Below are positions 1 to 8,471 of a stretch of 64,000 bases of DNA, one piece after another; the stretch's first letter is position 1; the number at the start of each line of letters is the position of its first letter. Under the pieces are notes generated by a model. That model was not told where the DNA came from and did no database searches. It worked only from the letters and a program-made list of their open reading frames with translations. The stretch comes from an uncultured SAR86 cluster bacterium (GTDB lineage: Bacteria > Pseudomonadota > Gammaproteobacteria > Magnimaribacterales > D2472), in assembly GCA_902531245.1 (NCBI GenBank), contig CACADH010000003.1, positions 15,394 through 79,393 on the forward strand, in the 5' to 3' direction. The translations under genes were made by a program, and so were the position numbers.

Positions 1-76
1 TGAAAAAATTGGTATTATTGGTGAAAACAAAGCAATAGCAGTCCAAAGCCTTGTAAATCTTAGAGAAAAAAAATGA
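1..76 (+). CDS. ispF: 3' end of 2-C-methyl-D-erythritol 2,4-cyclodiphosphate synthase (partial)
   Basis: Frame from base 2 reads EKIGIIGENKAIAVQSLVNLREKK*, resembling the IspF C-terminus (EKLGFTGRGEGIA). Its TGA overlaps the surE ATG, and ispF usually lies upstream of surE. Confidence 0.7.
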   Translation, partial: EKIGIIGENKAIAVQSLVNLREKK

Positions 77-825
77 AAATATTACTTACCAATGATGATG
101 GCTTTGATGCTGAAAATATAAAAATTCTTTATAAAGAATTATCCAAGAATCATGAGGTATGGATAGTTGCTCCTAAAAATAATTGTAGTGGAATGAGCGC
201 AGCAATATCATATTTAAATGAGATAGAGGTGACCAAGGTGGATGATAGAATTTATGCTGTTGATGGAACCCCTGCAGATTGTTCATACTTAGGTCTTTTA
301 AGTATTGTAGATTTTGAATTTGATATTGTTGTATCAGGTATCAATCACGGAGCGAACATTGGCAATGATGTCCTGTATTCAGGCACCGTAGGTGCAGCAG
401 TAGGTGGAAGAAATTTAAAATATCCACCAATTGCAATTTCTGTTGCATCATATGATGCAAAAGATATTGAATTTATTACAAAAAAATCAATTGAATTAAT
501 TGAAAAAATTGTTTCTTCCAATGAAATTTTTAATGGAAAAGTTATTAATATTAATTTTCCAGATATTAATGAGGAAGAGTTTAAGGGTGTTTTAGCAACA
601 GGATTATCAAAAAGAGGCATTCCTGCAAAACCAATCAGAATTGATAATCAAGATTCGAAAGATCTATATAAATACAGATATAATCTTTCTGGAGAACCCC
701 TTAAAGATAATTTCATGACTGATGCAGAGGCAATCAAGACTGGCTATGTTTCTGTTTCAGTTCTTGATTATAGTTTGAGCTCATCAAGTTTTATTAAAGA
801 TATTTCAAAGATGTTAGATGAGTAA
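73..825 (+). CDS. surE: 5'/3'-nucleotidase SurE
   Basis: ILLTNDDG, GTPADC, SGINHGAN and YSGTVGAA motifs. Confidence 0.97.
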   Translation: MKILLTNDDGFDAENIKILYKELSKNHEVWIVAPKNNCSGMSAAISYLNEIEVTKVDDRIYAVDGTPADCSYLGLLSIVDFEFDIVVSGINHGANIGNDVLYSGTVGAAVGGRNLKYPPIAISVASYDAKDIEFITKKSIELIEKIVSSNEIFNGKVININFPDINEEEFKGVLATGLSKRGIPAKPIRIDNQDSKDLYKYRYNLSGEPLKDNFMTDAEAIKTGYVSVSVLDYSLSSSSFIKDISKMLDE

Positions 826-1498
826 CTCTGGATTTACCTTCAGAAGAGTAAGAGAAGAGATGATAGAAACTCTTCTAGATCTTGGCATTAAGGATTTTAG
901 AGTTCTAGATGCAATTTCTCAAATCCCTCGTCACATATTTCTTGATGAGGCATTATGGTCAAGAGCTTATGAGAATAGATCGTTAACAATAGGGTACAAA
1001 CAAACAATTTCCCAACCATACATTGTTGCTCGAATGACAGAATTACTAATATCTCACACCAATAGCAGAGGTAAAGTCTTTGAAAATTTACTAGAACTTG
1101 GTTCTGGGTGTGGTTATCAGTCAGCAGTTTTATCATTTTTTAGTGAAAAGGTTGATGCCATTGAAAGAATTAAACCTTTAGTTCATAAATCTAGAGAGAA
1201 TCTATCAAATCTTAAAATCAATAATGTACTTTTTAGGCATGGAGACGGTTATGAAGATTGGGATAAGCAAAAAAAATATGATGGTATTTTATGTGCAGCC
1301 GCCCCAAGAGCATATCCAAATGATTTGGTTTCTATATTAAATGATGATGCTAAGTTGGTTATTCCTGTGGGAGGCTCATCACAAAAATTAAATGTAATAA
1401 CAAAAAACAAAGATGAAGAAATTAAAGAAGAACAATATGATGATGTGTCATTTGTTCCGATGTTGGCAGGAAAATCAGAAGATGGTAATGATGTATGA
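818..1498 (+). CDS. pcm: protein-L-isoaspartate O-methyltransferase
   Basis: QTISQPYIVARM, LELGSGCGYQSA SAM-binding motif, FVPM C-terminus; follows surE. Confidence 0.95.
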   Translation: MSNSGFTFRRVREEMIETLLDLGIKDFRVLDAISQIPRHIFLDEALWSRAYENRSLTIGYKQTISQPYIVARMTELLISHTNSRGKVFENLLELGSGCGYQSAVLSFFSEKVDAIERIKPLVHKSRENLSNLKINNVLFRHGDGYEDWDKQKKYDGILCAAAPRAYPNDLVSILNDDAKLVIPVGGSSQKLNVITKNKDEEIKEEQYDDVSFVPMLAGKSEDGNDV

Positions 1499-2247
1499 AT
1501 GAAAAAATTAGATATTTTATAGCAGGCATATTTATTGGATTATCAGAATTATTACCAGGAATATCGGGTGCGACTGTTGCATTAATGTTTGGTGTATATG
1601 AAAAATTATTAGATTTCTTAAGAAAATTTAAGAATTCGAATCTAATACTACCTCTTTTATTTGGCATGATTTTAAGTGTTTTTTTATTTTCTTCTTTAAT
1701 TGATTTTTTATATGAGAACTATACTAAGATATTTAATATTCTAATTGCCATTCTGATGGTGGGATATGGAATTTTTTTAGTCATAAATACATTCATAAAT
1801 GGAAATATAAATAAGGGTAAATCATTTTATGTTTGTATTATATTATCTATATTGATTGGGCTTTCATTAAGTGGATTTTATATGACTGGTGCATATACTC
1901 CTGATGGTCCTTTTGTACCATCTTCAGCTGTCTTAATTTTATTTGGTTTTTTTGCATGCTCATTTCTACTTTTTCCTGGAATTTCAGGAAGTGCTTTTTT
2001 ATTAGCTGTTGGTGTCTATCCATTAATAATCGGAAGTATTTCAGGTTTAAACTTTGAGATTTTATTACCCTTTTTTATTGGAATGACTATCTCATTAATT
2101 CTTATGCCAAGATTAATCAATAAAGCTTACATAAGATTTGGAAATATGATACTAGTCTTCTTTGGAGGATTAATCTTTGCAGCTGGCATAGATAGCCTAA
2201 TTTCAATCATAGTGCCTAATCCGGAAACCTATGAGATTACCTTTTAA
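1495..2247 (+). CDS. DUF368 family membrane protein (putative undecaprenyl-phosphate translocase)
   Basis: Two PGISG motifs (LPGISGATVAL...GVY; FPGISGSAFLL..GVY) in a multi-TM protein. Confidence 0.85.
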   Translation: MNEKIRYFIAGIFIGLSELLPGISGATVALMFGVYEKLLDFLRKFKNSNLILPLLFGMILSVFLFSSLIDFLYENYTKIFNILIAILMVGYGIFLVINTFINGNINKGKSFYVCIILSILIGLSLSGFYMTGAYTPDGPFVPSSAVLILFGFFACSFLLFPGISGSAFLLAVGVYPLIIGSISGLNFEILLPFFIGMTISLILMPRLINKAYIRFGNMILVFFGGLIFAAGIDSLISIIVPNPETYEITF

Positions 2248-2853
2248 TTATTTTAAGGTTTTGATTTGAACATCTAAGAATTTATTCTTTTGAAGAAATT
2301 CCATAATTTTCATCGCCCATTCATGATATGCCTTTCCCTCTACATTAAGATTGACGACATTATCTTTATTAAGATTATCTAAAAGAGTATTTTCAAAAAT
2401 TATGTTATCCATATTAGAAAGGTCATCAATTTTGAATTTTGAATTATTAATAACTATTTCTCCATTATCATAAAGCAATATCGTATTTGAATTTTCACTA
2501 GGTGATGTTTTTTCATTTTGATCATTTATGCCAATGTTTAAGAATTCTCTTTTATTCTCTAAATCTTTAAAATTATCAGCATCAGGAAGTGGTTCTTTAG
2601 CCTCGGTTATATTTTCATAAACATCAGCAAGTCTTGCATTTATTTCAACAAACTCAATTTGGTTTGCTGGTAATTCATCATCTGCATATATTGCTTCAAT
2701 AGGGCACTCTGGTTCACATAGACCACAATCAATACATTCATCTGGATGTATTACTAGAAACTCAGGACCTTCATAAAAACAATCGACAGGACAAACCTCA
2801 ACACAGTCTGTGTATTTACATTTTATACATGATTCTGTTACTACGTATGTCAT
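2248..2853 (-). CDS. fdxA: 7Fe ferredoxin FdxA with C-terminal ExbD/TolR-like extension
   Basis: aa 1-107 are a classic FdxA ([17 protein letters not shown]...[12 protein letters not shown]); about 94 extra residues follow. Confidence 0.9.
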   Translation of the reverse strand: MTYVVTESCIKCKYTDCVEVCPVDCFYEGPEFLVIHPDECIDCGLCEPECPIEAIYADDELPANQIEFVEINARLADVYENITEAKEPLPDADNFKDLENKREFLNIGINDQNEKTSPSENSNTILLYDNGEIVINNSKFKIDDLSNMDNIIFENTLLDNLNKDNVVNLNVEGKAYHEWAMKIMEFLQKNKFLDVQIKTLK

Positions 2854-2934
2854 AATTGCTAAAGAATGTACGATTTTAACCTACTGATATTTAAATTTAC
2901 ACAAAACTATTTAAAAATTATCAAATATGATTTA

Positions 2935-2954
2935 TACTGTATAAATATACAGTA
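2935..2954. promoter_or_regulatory. LexA SOS box upstream of recA
   Basis: TACTGTATAAATATACAGTA matches the gammaproteobacterial CTG-N10-CAG consensus, 18 bp before the recA ATG. Confidence 0.95.
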
Positions 2955-2972
2955 AATTAAGGAGTTAATTTT

Positions 2973-3980
2973 ATGCCTAAATCAAAAGACACTACTTCAA
3001 AATCACTAAAGGATACTATCGCTAGTATTGACGACCATTTTGGTAAAGGAACAGTAATGCGAATGGGTGATCGTGAAAATCTCGATATCCCTTCAATTTC
3101 TACAGGATCGCTTGGTCTTGACATAGCTCTTGGAATAGGCGGTATTCCAAGAGGAAGAGTTACAGAAATATATGGACCAGAATCTTCTGGTAAAACAACA
3201 TTAACACTTCAAATTATTGCTCAATGTCAAAAAGAAGGGGGTACATGTGCGTTTATTGATGCAGAACATGCATTAGATCCTCAATATGCTGAGAAACTAG
3301 GTGTTAATGTAGATGAACTTTTATTATCTCAACCTGATACTGGAGAACAAGCACTTGAAGTTGCTGATATGCTAGTTAAATCTAAGAGTGTAGATTTAGT
3401 TATTATTGATTCTGTTGCTGCACTAGTTCCAAGAGCTGAGATTGAAGGAGAGATGGGAGATCATCATGTTGGTCTTCAAGCTAGATTGATGTCACAAGCG
3501 CTTAGAAAAATTACAGGTAACATCCAAAGATCTGGAGCCACTGTCGTTTTTATCAATCAAATAAGAATGAAGATTGGAGTTATGTTTGGTAGTCCTGAAA
3601 CAACTACTGGAGGTAATGCTCTAAAGTTCTATTCTTCAGTAAGATTAGATATTAGAAGAATCGGATCTGTTAAAGAGGGAGATGAAGTGATGGGTAACGA
3701 AACACGAGTGAAAGTTGTTAAGAACAAAGTATCTCCTCCATTTAAACAAGCTGAGTTTCAGATCATGTATGGTCAAGGAATTAATCAGGAAGGTGAAATA
3801 CTAGACTTTGGTCATAAACTCGGGTTAGTGGAAAAATCAGGTGCTTTTTATAAATTGGATGGTGAAAGTATTGGGCAAGGCAAGGTGAAAGCTAGTATTT
3901 TCCTTAAAGAAAATGCAAAAGTTAGAGACAAACTTGTTAAAGAAATAAGATCATCCTATATTTCAAGTAAATCAAAATAG
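2973..3980 (+). CDS. recA: recombinase RecA
   Basis: GPESSGKTT Walker [35 protein letters not shown]. Confidence 0.99.
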   Translation: MPKSKDTTSKSLKDTIASIDDHFGKGTVMRMGDRENLDIPSISTGSLGLDIALGIGGIPRGRVTEIYGPESSGKTTLTLQIIAQCQKEGGTCAFIDAEHALDPQYAEKLGVNVDELLLSQPDTGEQALEVADMLVKSKSVDLVIIDSVAALVPRAEIEGEMGDHHVGLQARLMSQALRKITGNIQRSGATVVFINQIRMKIGVMFGSPETTTGGNALKFYSSVRLDIRRIGSVKEGDEVMGNETRVKVVKNKVSPPFKQAEFQIMYGQGINQEGEILDFGHKLGLVEKSGAFYKLDGESIGQGKVKASIFLKENAKVRDKLVKEIRSSYISSKSK

Positions 3981-3994
3981 TTTTTTGATACAAT

Positions 3995-4029
3995 AATCCC
4001 TATTAATTTAAATTAGTAGGGATTTTTTT
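3995..4029 (+). terminator. intrinsic terminator after recA
   Basis: Stem AATCCCTATTAAT / ATTAGTAGGGATT running into a T7 tract. Confidence 0.75.
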
Positions 4030-5208
4030 ATGGCAGAGAAAGCATATATTGTAGAGGCAGTGAGAACCGCTGGTGGTAAGAGAGACGGAAGGTTAAGTTT
4101 ATGGCATCCAGCAGATCTTGGAGCAAAGGTTTTAGATGAGCTAGTAACAAGATTAGATATCGATCCTGTTCTTGTAGATGATGTTATTTTTGGTTGTGTT
4201 GATCAGGTTGGAGCACAGTCAGGAAACGTAGCAAGAAATGCAGTTCTGTCATCGTCATTTCCTGAATCCGTTCCTGGAACTTCTGTTGATAGACAATGCG
4301 GTTCATCTCAACAAGCAATTCATTTCGCAATTCAAGCTGTAATGTCTGGTACTCAAGATATTGTTATTGGTGGAGGAGTAGAAGTCATGTCCATGGTACC
4401 TATCGGTGCAGCAGTTACAGATGGGTATAATGCAGGCCATGGGTTGCCATTTGATTCTGATGGTATGAAAGAAAGATATCCTAGTATATTCTTTTCACAA
4501 TTTACAGGTGCAGAACTAGTAGCAGATAAATGGAATCTTTCTCGTGAAGATTTAGATCAATTCGCTATGGAAAGTCATCAAAAAGCTGCTCATGCAACAG
4601 AATCAAAATACTTTGATAAAGAAATTTTACCTGTTGAAGGTAAAAATGCTGAGGGTATTAACGATTTAGTGATGGCAGATGAGGGTATTAGATTTGATGC
4701 TAGTCTTGATAAATTAGCAGGATTGAAGCCAGTAACTGAGGGTGGGGTTATAACTGCTGGAAATGCAAGCCAAATCACTGATGGTGCTGCTGCTGTTGTT
4801 ATATGCAATGATGCAGGATTGAAAAAGATTCAATCAAATCCAAGAGCTGAAATTGTATCAATTTCTGTTGTAGGAGATGATCCTGTCTTTATGTTAACCG
4901 GACCAATACCAGCATCAAAGAAAGCTCTAGAAACTGCCAACTTATCTATTGATGATATGGATTTGTATGAAGTAAACGAAGCTTTCGCTCCAGTCCCACT
5001 TGCTTGGGCTGATGATTTAAAAGCTGATAAATCAAAACTTAATGTAAATGGCGGTGCAATGGCTCTAGGACATCCGCTTGGAGCAACCGGAGCAAAGCTT
5101 ATGACAACCCTTTTACATGAAATGGAGAGAAGAGAATCCACATATGGTCTTCAGGCTATATGCGAGGGAGGCGGAACGGCAAATGCAACAATAATTAAGA
5201 GATTATAA
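4030..5208 (+). CDS. acetyl-CoA C-acyltransferase (thiolase)
   Basis: RQCGSS catalytic Cys, NEAFA, GHPLGATG and ICEGGG motifs. Confidence 0.95.
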   Translation: MAEKAYIVEAVRTAGGKRDGRLSLWHPADLGAKVLDELVTRLDIDPVLVDDVIFGCVDQVGAQSGNVARNAVLSSSFPESVPGTSVDRQCGSSQQAIHFAIQAVMSGTQDIVIGGGVEVMSMVPIGAAVTDGYNAGHGLPFDSDGMKERYPSIFFSQFTGAELVADKWNLSREDLDQFAMESHQKAAHATESKYFDKEILPVEGKNAEGINDLVMADEGIRFDASLDKLAGLKPVTEGGVITAGNASQITDGAAAVVICNDAGLKKIQSNPRAEIVSISVVGDDPVFMLTGPIPASKKALETANLSIDDMDLYEVNEAFAPVPLAWADDLKADKSKLNVNGGAMALGHPLGATGAKLMTTLLHEMERRESTYGLQAICEGGGTANATIIKRL

Positions 5209-5225
5209 AAAACTTTACTAAATTA

Positions 5226-5951
5226 TTAATCTTTTTCCCAATCAAATTTAGGCAATTCTTTAAAAAGATTTCTTAGCCCTTCAGACCACTTGCTAGATAA
5301 ATCTGAAAAAAATGGTGTTTTGAATTGAAGATGTTCTTCAAGAGAAATCTGGATAGAATCTTTTTTATAGACTATTAAATCTATTGGAGGACCAACAGTG
5401 AGATCACTCTTCATAGTTGAATCAAATGACACTAAAGCACATCGGGCTGCATCACCTAGAGAAGTTTCTTTTCTTATAAGTCTATCAAGAATTGGTTTTC
5501 CGTACTTAGTCTCACCAAGTTGGAAAAAGGGTTTTATCTCAGAGGCATGTATATAATTACCAACAGGATAAACCATCAATAGAGCAGGTTCTTGTCCACT
5601 AATTTGACCACCAATAAGAAAATTTGATCCAAGATGAGTATTAATTGAAATCCCATCTGTTTTTGAGTGATTTAATGAAATTTGTCCTACATACTCTGCA
5701 ATTTCATCAAAATTTTTGCATAAATTTAAGCTAGTTAAAGGATTAGATGAATCAATATCACTTTCTAAGGTCTTAAAAACATGTTGTGATGTTGATAGGT
5801 TTCCTGAAGTAACAATAATTATTGATCTATCCCCAACTGAATAAGTAAACATCTTTTTGTATGTGGAAACATTATCCAATCCAGCATTTGTTCTTGAATC
5901 AGACACCATAACAATGCCATCATTCATTTTCATTCCTACGCAGTAAGTCAT
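5226..5951 (-). CDS. Anbu proteasome-type (Ntn) protease
   Basis: MTYCVG with N-terminal catalytic Thr, SDSRTNAG.D, SGNLSTSQ, QLGETKYGKPILDR, STMKSDLTVGPP. Confidence 0.92.
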   Translation of the reverse strand: MTYCVGMKMNDGIVMVSDSRTNAGLDNVSTYKKMFTYSVGDRSIIIVTSGNLSTSQHVFKTLESDIDSSNPLTSLNLCKNFDEIAEYVGQISLNHSKTDGISINTHLGSNFLIGGQISGQEPALLMVYPVGNYIHASEIKPFFQLGETKYGKPILDRLIRKETSLGDAARCALVSFDSTMKSDLTVGPPIDLIVYKKDSIQISLEEHLQFKTPFFSDLSSKWSEGLRNLFKELPKFDWEKD

Positions 5952-6055
5952 ATTTAAATTTAATTTTTATGAATGCCTTATTCTATATTTATATAATAAA
6001 AAAAGACATAAAATCAATTATCTTTCTTGCTTCGATTTGCTAAAGTGAATTTAAA

Positions 6056-6104
6056 CGTTCATCTTTTGATAAAAGACGGAAGTAGGTGAGAACCGAAGGA
6101 ACGC
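6056..6104 (+). ncRNA. glutamine riboswitch (glnA RNA motif) aptamer
   Basis: CGTTC-A-TCTTTT(GAT)AAAAGA-CGGAAGTA-GGT(GAGA)ACC-GAAG-GAACG-C. P1, P2, the CGGAAGUA junction/E-loop and P3 match the glnA motif, with a compensatory P1 change (CGUUC/GAACG instead of CGUUG/CAACG). Confidence 0.85.
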
Positions 6105-6152
6105 ATTTCTTTATCTCATCTGTTTTTTATTAATTGATTATTACTAGCAATT

Positions 6153-7586
6153 ATGAAGACAAATAAATATAAGATAAATAATTTTTACGATGAATATCTA
6201 AATAATAAAAATAATCCCCGTAAGAGTTTTGAAGCCTCATTTAACTTTTTTGATCTTTTAAGTGCAAAAAAAAAGAAACTATTGTCAAAAGTTCGTGATT
6301 CAATAATACGTTCTATGGGAATTACATTTCGTGTTTATAACAATAATGAATTAATTGATAGAGAATGGCCACTAGATTTAATTCCAAGAATAATTAAAGA
6401 AAAAGAATGGAATAATGTTAAAGACGGATTAGTTCAAAGAATTAAGGCAATAAATTTATTTATACATGACGTATACCATAAACAAGAATTTTTAAATGAA
6501 AACCCAATTTTAAAATCATTAATTTTAGATTCCCCAAATTTCTTAGAAGAATGTAAAGGAATCACCCCTAAAAATAAGATATGGGCAAACATATCAGGCA
6601 CAGACCTAATTAAAGACCATCTTGGTAAGTTTTATGTTTTAGAAGATAATCTTAGAGTTCCTTCAGGTGTTGCATACATGCTTGAAAATAGGAATGTTAT
6701 GAAAAAAGTCGTAACGGATCTTTTTAGCAAATATCAAGTATCACCGATTGATGATTATACATTCCAATTATACAAATGCTTATCTAATGCTAGTTACTCA
6801 AAAGATAAGAAAAAAACAATTGTTATTCTAAGTCCAGGCGTATTTAATTCTGCATATTTTGAGCATGCATATCTGGCGCAACAAATGGGAATCGATCTTG
6901 TTGAATCATCAGATTTAATTTTGTCTAAAGATAATTATGTTTATATAAAAACAATATCAGGACGAAAAAAAGTTGATGTTATTTACAGAAGGGTAAATGA
7001 TGATTATCTTGATCCAACATTATGGATCAAAGACTCTTCATTAGGATTAGCAGGAGTCATAAACTCCTGGAAAGAAAAAAAAGTTGCTATTGTAAATGCT
7101 CCTGGATCAGGCGTTGCTGATGATAAAGCAGTGTATGCATTTGTTCCCAAGATGATAGAGTTCTTTTTAAATGAAAAACCAAAACTCAATCAAGTAAAAA
7201 CCTATTTATGCGCATTTGAAAAGGATAGGAAATTTGTTTTAGATAATATTAATAAGCTTGTTCTTAAGCCTGTAAATGAATCTGGAGGTTATGGAATTCT
7301 AATAGGACCAAATGCTACAAAAAAAGAATTAAATGATTACAAATTAAAAATTATCTCAAATCCAAGAAATTTTGTGGCACAGCCACTTATTAAGCTTTCT
7401 ACAAGTCCAACTCTAATTAAAACAAGCATACAGCCAAGACATATTGATTTAAGACCATTCATATTGTCTGGAAATGGTACTTTTGTAACGAATGGTGGAT
7501 TAACCAGAGTTGCACTTGAAAAAGGCTCTACTATTGTTAATTCCTCTCAAGGCGGCGGCAGTAAAGATACTTGGGTTGTTAACTAA
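6153..7586 (+). CDS. circularly permuted type 2 ATP-grasp protein
   Basis: GITF, WPLDLIPRII, VLEDNLRVPSGVAYMLENR, NSAYFEHAYLA, VDVIYRR, GGLTRVAL, VNSSQGGGSKDTWV. Confidence 0.93.
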   Translation: MKTNKYKINNFYDEYLNNKNNPRKSFEASFNFFDLLSAKKKKLLSKVRDSIIRSMGITFRVYNNNELIDREWPLDLIPRIIKEKEWNNVKDGLVQRIKAINLFIHDVYHKQEFLNENPILKSLILDSPNFLEECKGITPKNKIWANISGTDLIKDHLGKFYVLEDNLRVPSGVAYMLENRNVMKKVVTDLFSKYQVSPIDDYTFQLYKCLSNASYSKDKKKTIVILSPGVFNSAYFEHAYLAQQMGIDLVESSDLILSKDNYVYIKTISGRKKVDVIYRRVNDDYLDPTLWIKDSSLGLAGVINSWKEKKVAIVNAPGSGVADDKAVYAFVPKMIEFFLNEKPKLNQVKTYLCAFEKDRKFVLDNINKLVLKPVNESGGYGILIGPNATKKELNDYKLKIISNPRNFVAQPLIKLSTSPTLIKTSIQPRHIDLRPFILSGNGTFVTNGGLTRVALEKGSTIVNSSQGGGSKDTWVVN

Positions 7587-8471
7587 ATGCTTTCAAGTAC
7601 TGCTGAAAAAACTTATTGGCTTTCAAGATATATTGAGAGAATTGAAAATACATCAAGACTAATAATTGTTAATTCAGATTTGTTATTAGATATTCCTCAT
7701 GATGAATCAGATGACCTGAAACATTTAATTCAGATAACAGGACATCTAAGTGATTTTAAGAAAAAAAATACAAAAGAAAATGTTTTTTACTTTTTAATTC
7801 AAGATAAAAAAAATCCGTCTTCAATTAAATTTTCAATTGAAATGGCAAAAATGAATTCAAGATATCTTTTAACAATGTTGCCGAAATCTGCTTGGGAGCA
7901 ATTTAATAATCTTTATCTTGATTTTAATAGTAAAAATAAACCTTATAGCGAAGATCTTTATCAAATAATTAGAAATTCTCAAAGATTTTTTGCAATTATT
8001 TCTGATGGAATGCAAAGAAATGATGTATTTAATTTTATTAAGCTCGGTAGATTTATTGAAAGAGCTGATATGTTATCAAGAATAATTGAAGACCAGATTT
8101 TAAGAAAAGAGAACCATGTAAATAAATACTATCAAAACTTACAATGGAGTAGTGTTTTAAGATCTGTAAATGGATTCGAATCTTTCAAAACAATCAATAA
8201 AGATAATTTAAGTCAAGAAATTGTTCTTAAATTTTTGATTATGGAAAAATTATTTCCGAGATCTTTAAAATATTGTGTTGAAAAGCTATTAGAGGTGCAA
8301 AAATATTTACCAAAATCTTCGTTAGTAAAAAAAGATATTAGTATACTTTTAGATGGCTTTTCTAATGATGAATTATTTCGAAATGATAAAAAAATGTTAA
8401 AGCTGCTGGATAATTTTCAATTAGGTCTTATTAATGTGGATAAAGCAATAAATGATAGATTTTTTAATTAA
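7587..8471 (+). CDS. alpha-E domain protein
   Basis: MLSSTAEKTYWLSRYIERIENTSR, a second ER motif (LGRFIERAD) and FPRSL; starts immediately after the ATP-grasp stop. Confidence 0.9.
   Translation: MLSSTAEKTYWLSRYIERIENTSRLIIVNSDLLLDIPHDESDDLKHLIQITGHLSDFKKKNTKENVFYFLIQDKKNPSSIKFSIEMAKMNSRYLLTMLPKSAWEQFNNLYLDFNSKNKPYSEDLYQIIRNSQRFFAIISDGMQRNDVFNFIKLGRFIERADMLSRIIEDQILRKENHVNKYYQNLQWSSVLRSVNGFESFKTINKDNLSQEIVLKFLIMEKLFPRSLKYCVEKLLEVQKYLPKSSLVKKDISILLDGFSNDELFRNDKKMLKLLDNFQLGLINVDKAINDRFFN

Noticed and set aside
6026-6041. sigma54 promoter upstream of the glutamine riboswitch
   Set aside because: TTGC is present but the required GG at -24 is missing (TTGCTT instead of TGGCAC). An extended -10 (TGcTAAAGT, 6038-6046) is more plausible but unproven.
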